From Macrostomum lignano (taxonomy: Eukaryota), in assembly GCA_002269645.1 (NCBI GenBank), contig NIVC01003825.1, positions 1 through 64,000 of the forward strand: DNA of 64,000 nt. The letters are read 5' to 3'. Of this stretch, positions 63,210 to 64,000 are shown in pieces; position 1 is the first letter of the stretch, and every line of letters starts with the position of its first letter. The notes under the pieces were generated by a model that was given only the letters and a program-made list of their open reading frames with translations, was not told where the DNA came from and made no database searches. Made by a program: the position numbers and the translations under genes.

Positions 63210-63755
63210 AACCGATTCAATTACAGATTTAAACCGCCCTCTCATTTGAACAACCGATTCAAATCCGCCCCATCCCTTTTGAACAACCGATTCAAATCCG
63301 CCCCATCCCTTTTGAACAACCGATTCAAATCCGCCCGTCCCTTTTGAACAACCGATTCAAATCCGCCCCCATTCGAACAACAGATTCAAATCCACCCGTC
63401 CCTTTTGAACAACCAATTCAAATCCGCCCGTCCCTTCTGAACAACCGATTCAAATCCGCCCGTCCCTTTTGAACAACCAATTCAAATCCGCCCCCATTCG
63501 AACAACAGATTCAAATCCGACCCCATTCGAACAACAGATTCAAATCCGCCCCCATTTGAAAAACCGATTCAAATCCGCCCCTCCCATTTAAACAACCGAT
63601 TCAAATCCGACCCCATTCGAACAACAGATTCAAATCCGACCCCATTCGAACAACAGATTCAAATCCGCCCCCATTTGAACAAGAGATTCAAATCCGCCCT
63701 TATTTGAACAAGAGATTCAAATCCGCCCCCATTTGAACAACAGATTCAAACCCGC
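63210..63755. repeat. ~27-33-bp repeat TTTGAACAACCGATTCAAATCCGCCC..
   Basis: Begins about 10 nt after the DnaJ stop codon. Confidence 0.95.
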
Positions 63756-64000
63756 CCAGCCCTTAAGAATGCATTCAGGCCTGTCCCCGAGCCAGTCCAA
63801 TTATGTGTTTTGTTGTCTTTCTGAGATTTTAACTTGCTAAAAGATTTTCGAGACTGCCTGCTGGCTTGCCGGTGTGTCTTCACTTCCAGGACTTGCTTGC
63901 TTAGAAAAAGCGACTGTACGCCGCATTTAAAAAAATGTTGCTTCATTCGCTTCTGTTAAATTGTTTGTTACAGCATTTTGACTTTGTTAGTGTTGCATGC

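Noticed and set aside
61437-63245. Several 380-590 aa ORFs on both strands
   Set aside because: Artefacts of the 25-bp array; the real exons are 61512-61715 and 62915-63199.

Overview
Eukaryotic (animal) genomic DNA with GC-rich spliced exons. Most introns of the conserved genes hold their own mini- or microsatellite. This style resembles the flatworm Macrostomum lignano, which is an unverified inference. I rebuilt gene models by hand from GT-AG sites and reading phase. In order they are: a FANCA-like gene (+, runs off the 5' edge, stops after the N-terminal domain); a CNGA-like cyclic-nucleotide-gated channel with a non-canonical pore (-); RalGPS (-); a calpain without EF-hands (+); a frameshifted TRPV-like gene (-); a WSC pseudogene split by a ~320-bp internal inversion; an intact secreted WSC+PAN-like gene (-); an Ala-rich orphan class-A GPCR (+); BLTP3/UHRF1BP1-like (-, 13 exons, 1214 aa); and a head-to-head DnaJ gene (+). 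The window also contains a tRNA-Glu-like SINE family, MITE-like elements and more than 30 tandem arrays. Most long ORFs in the supplied track are repeat artefacts. Protein family calls come from recalled motifs, not database searches. I found no self-contained new molecular system. The strongest leads are the inversion-scrambled WSC gene, repeat units that echo splice sites, the short FANCA and the altered CNG pore.
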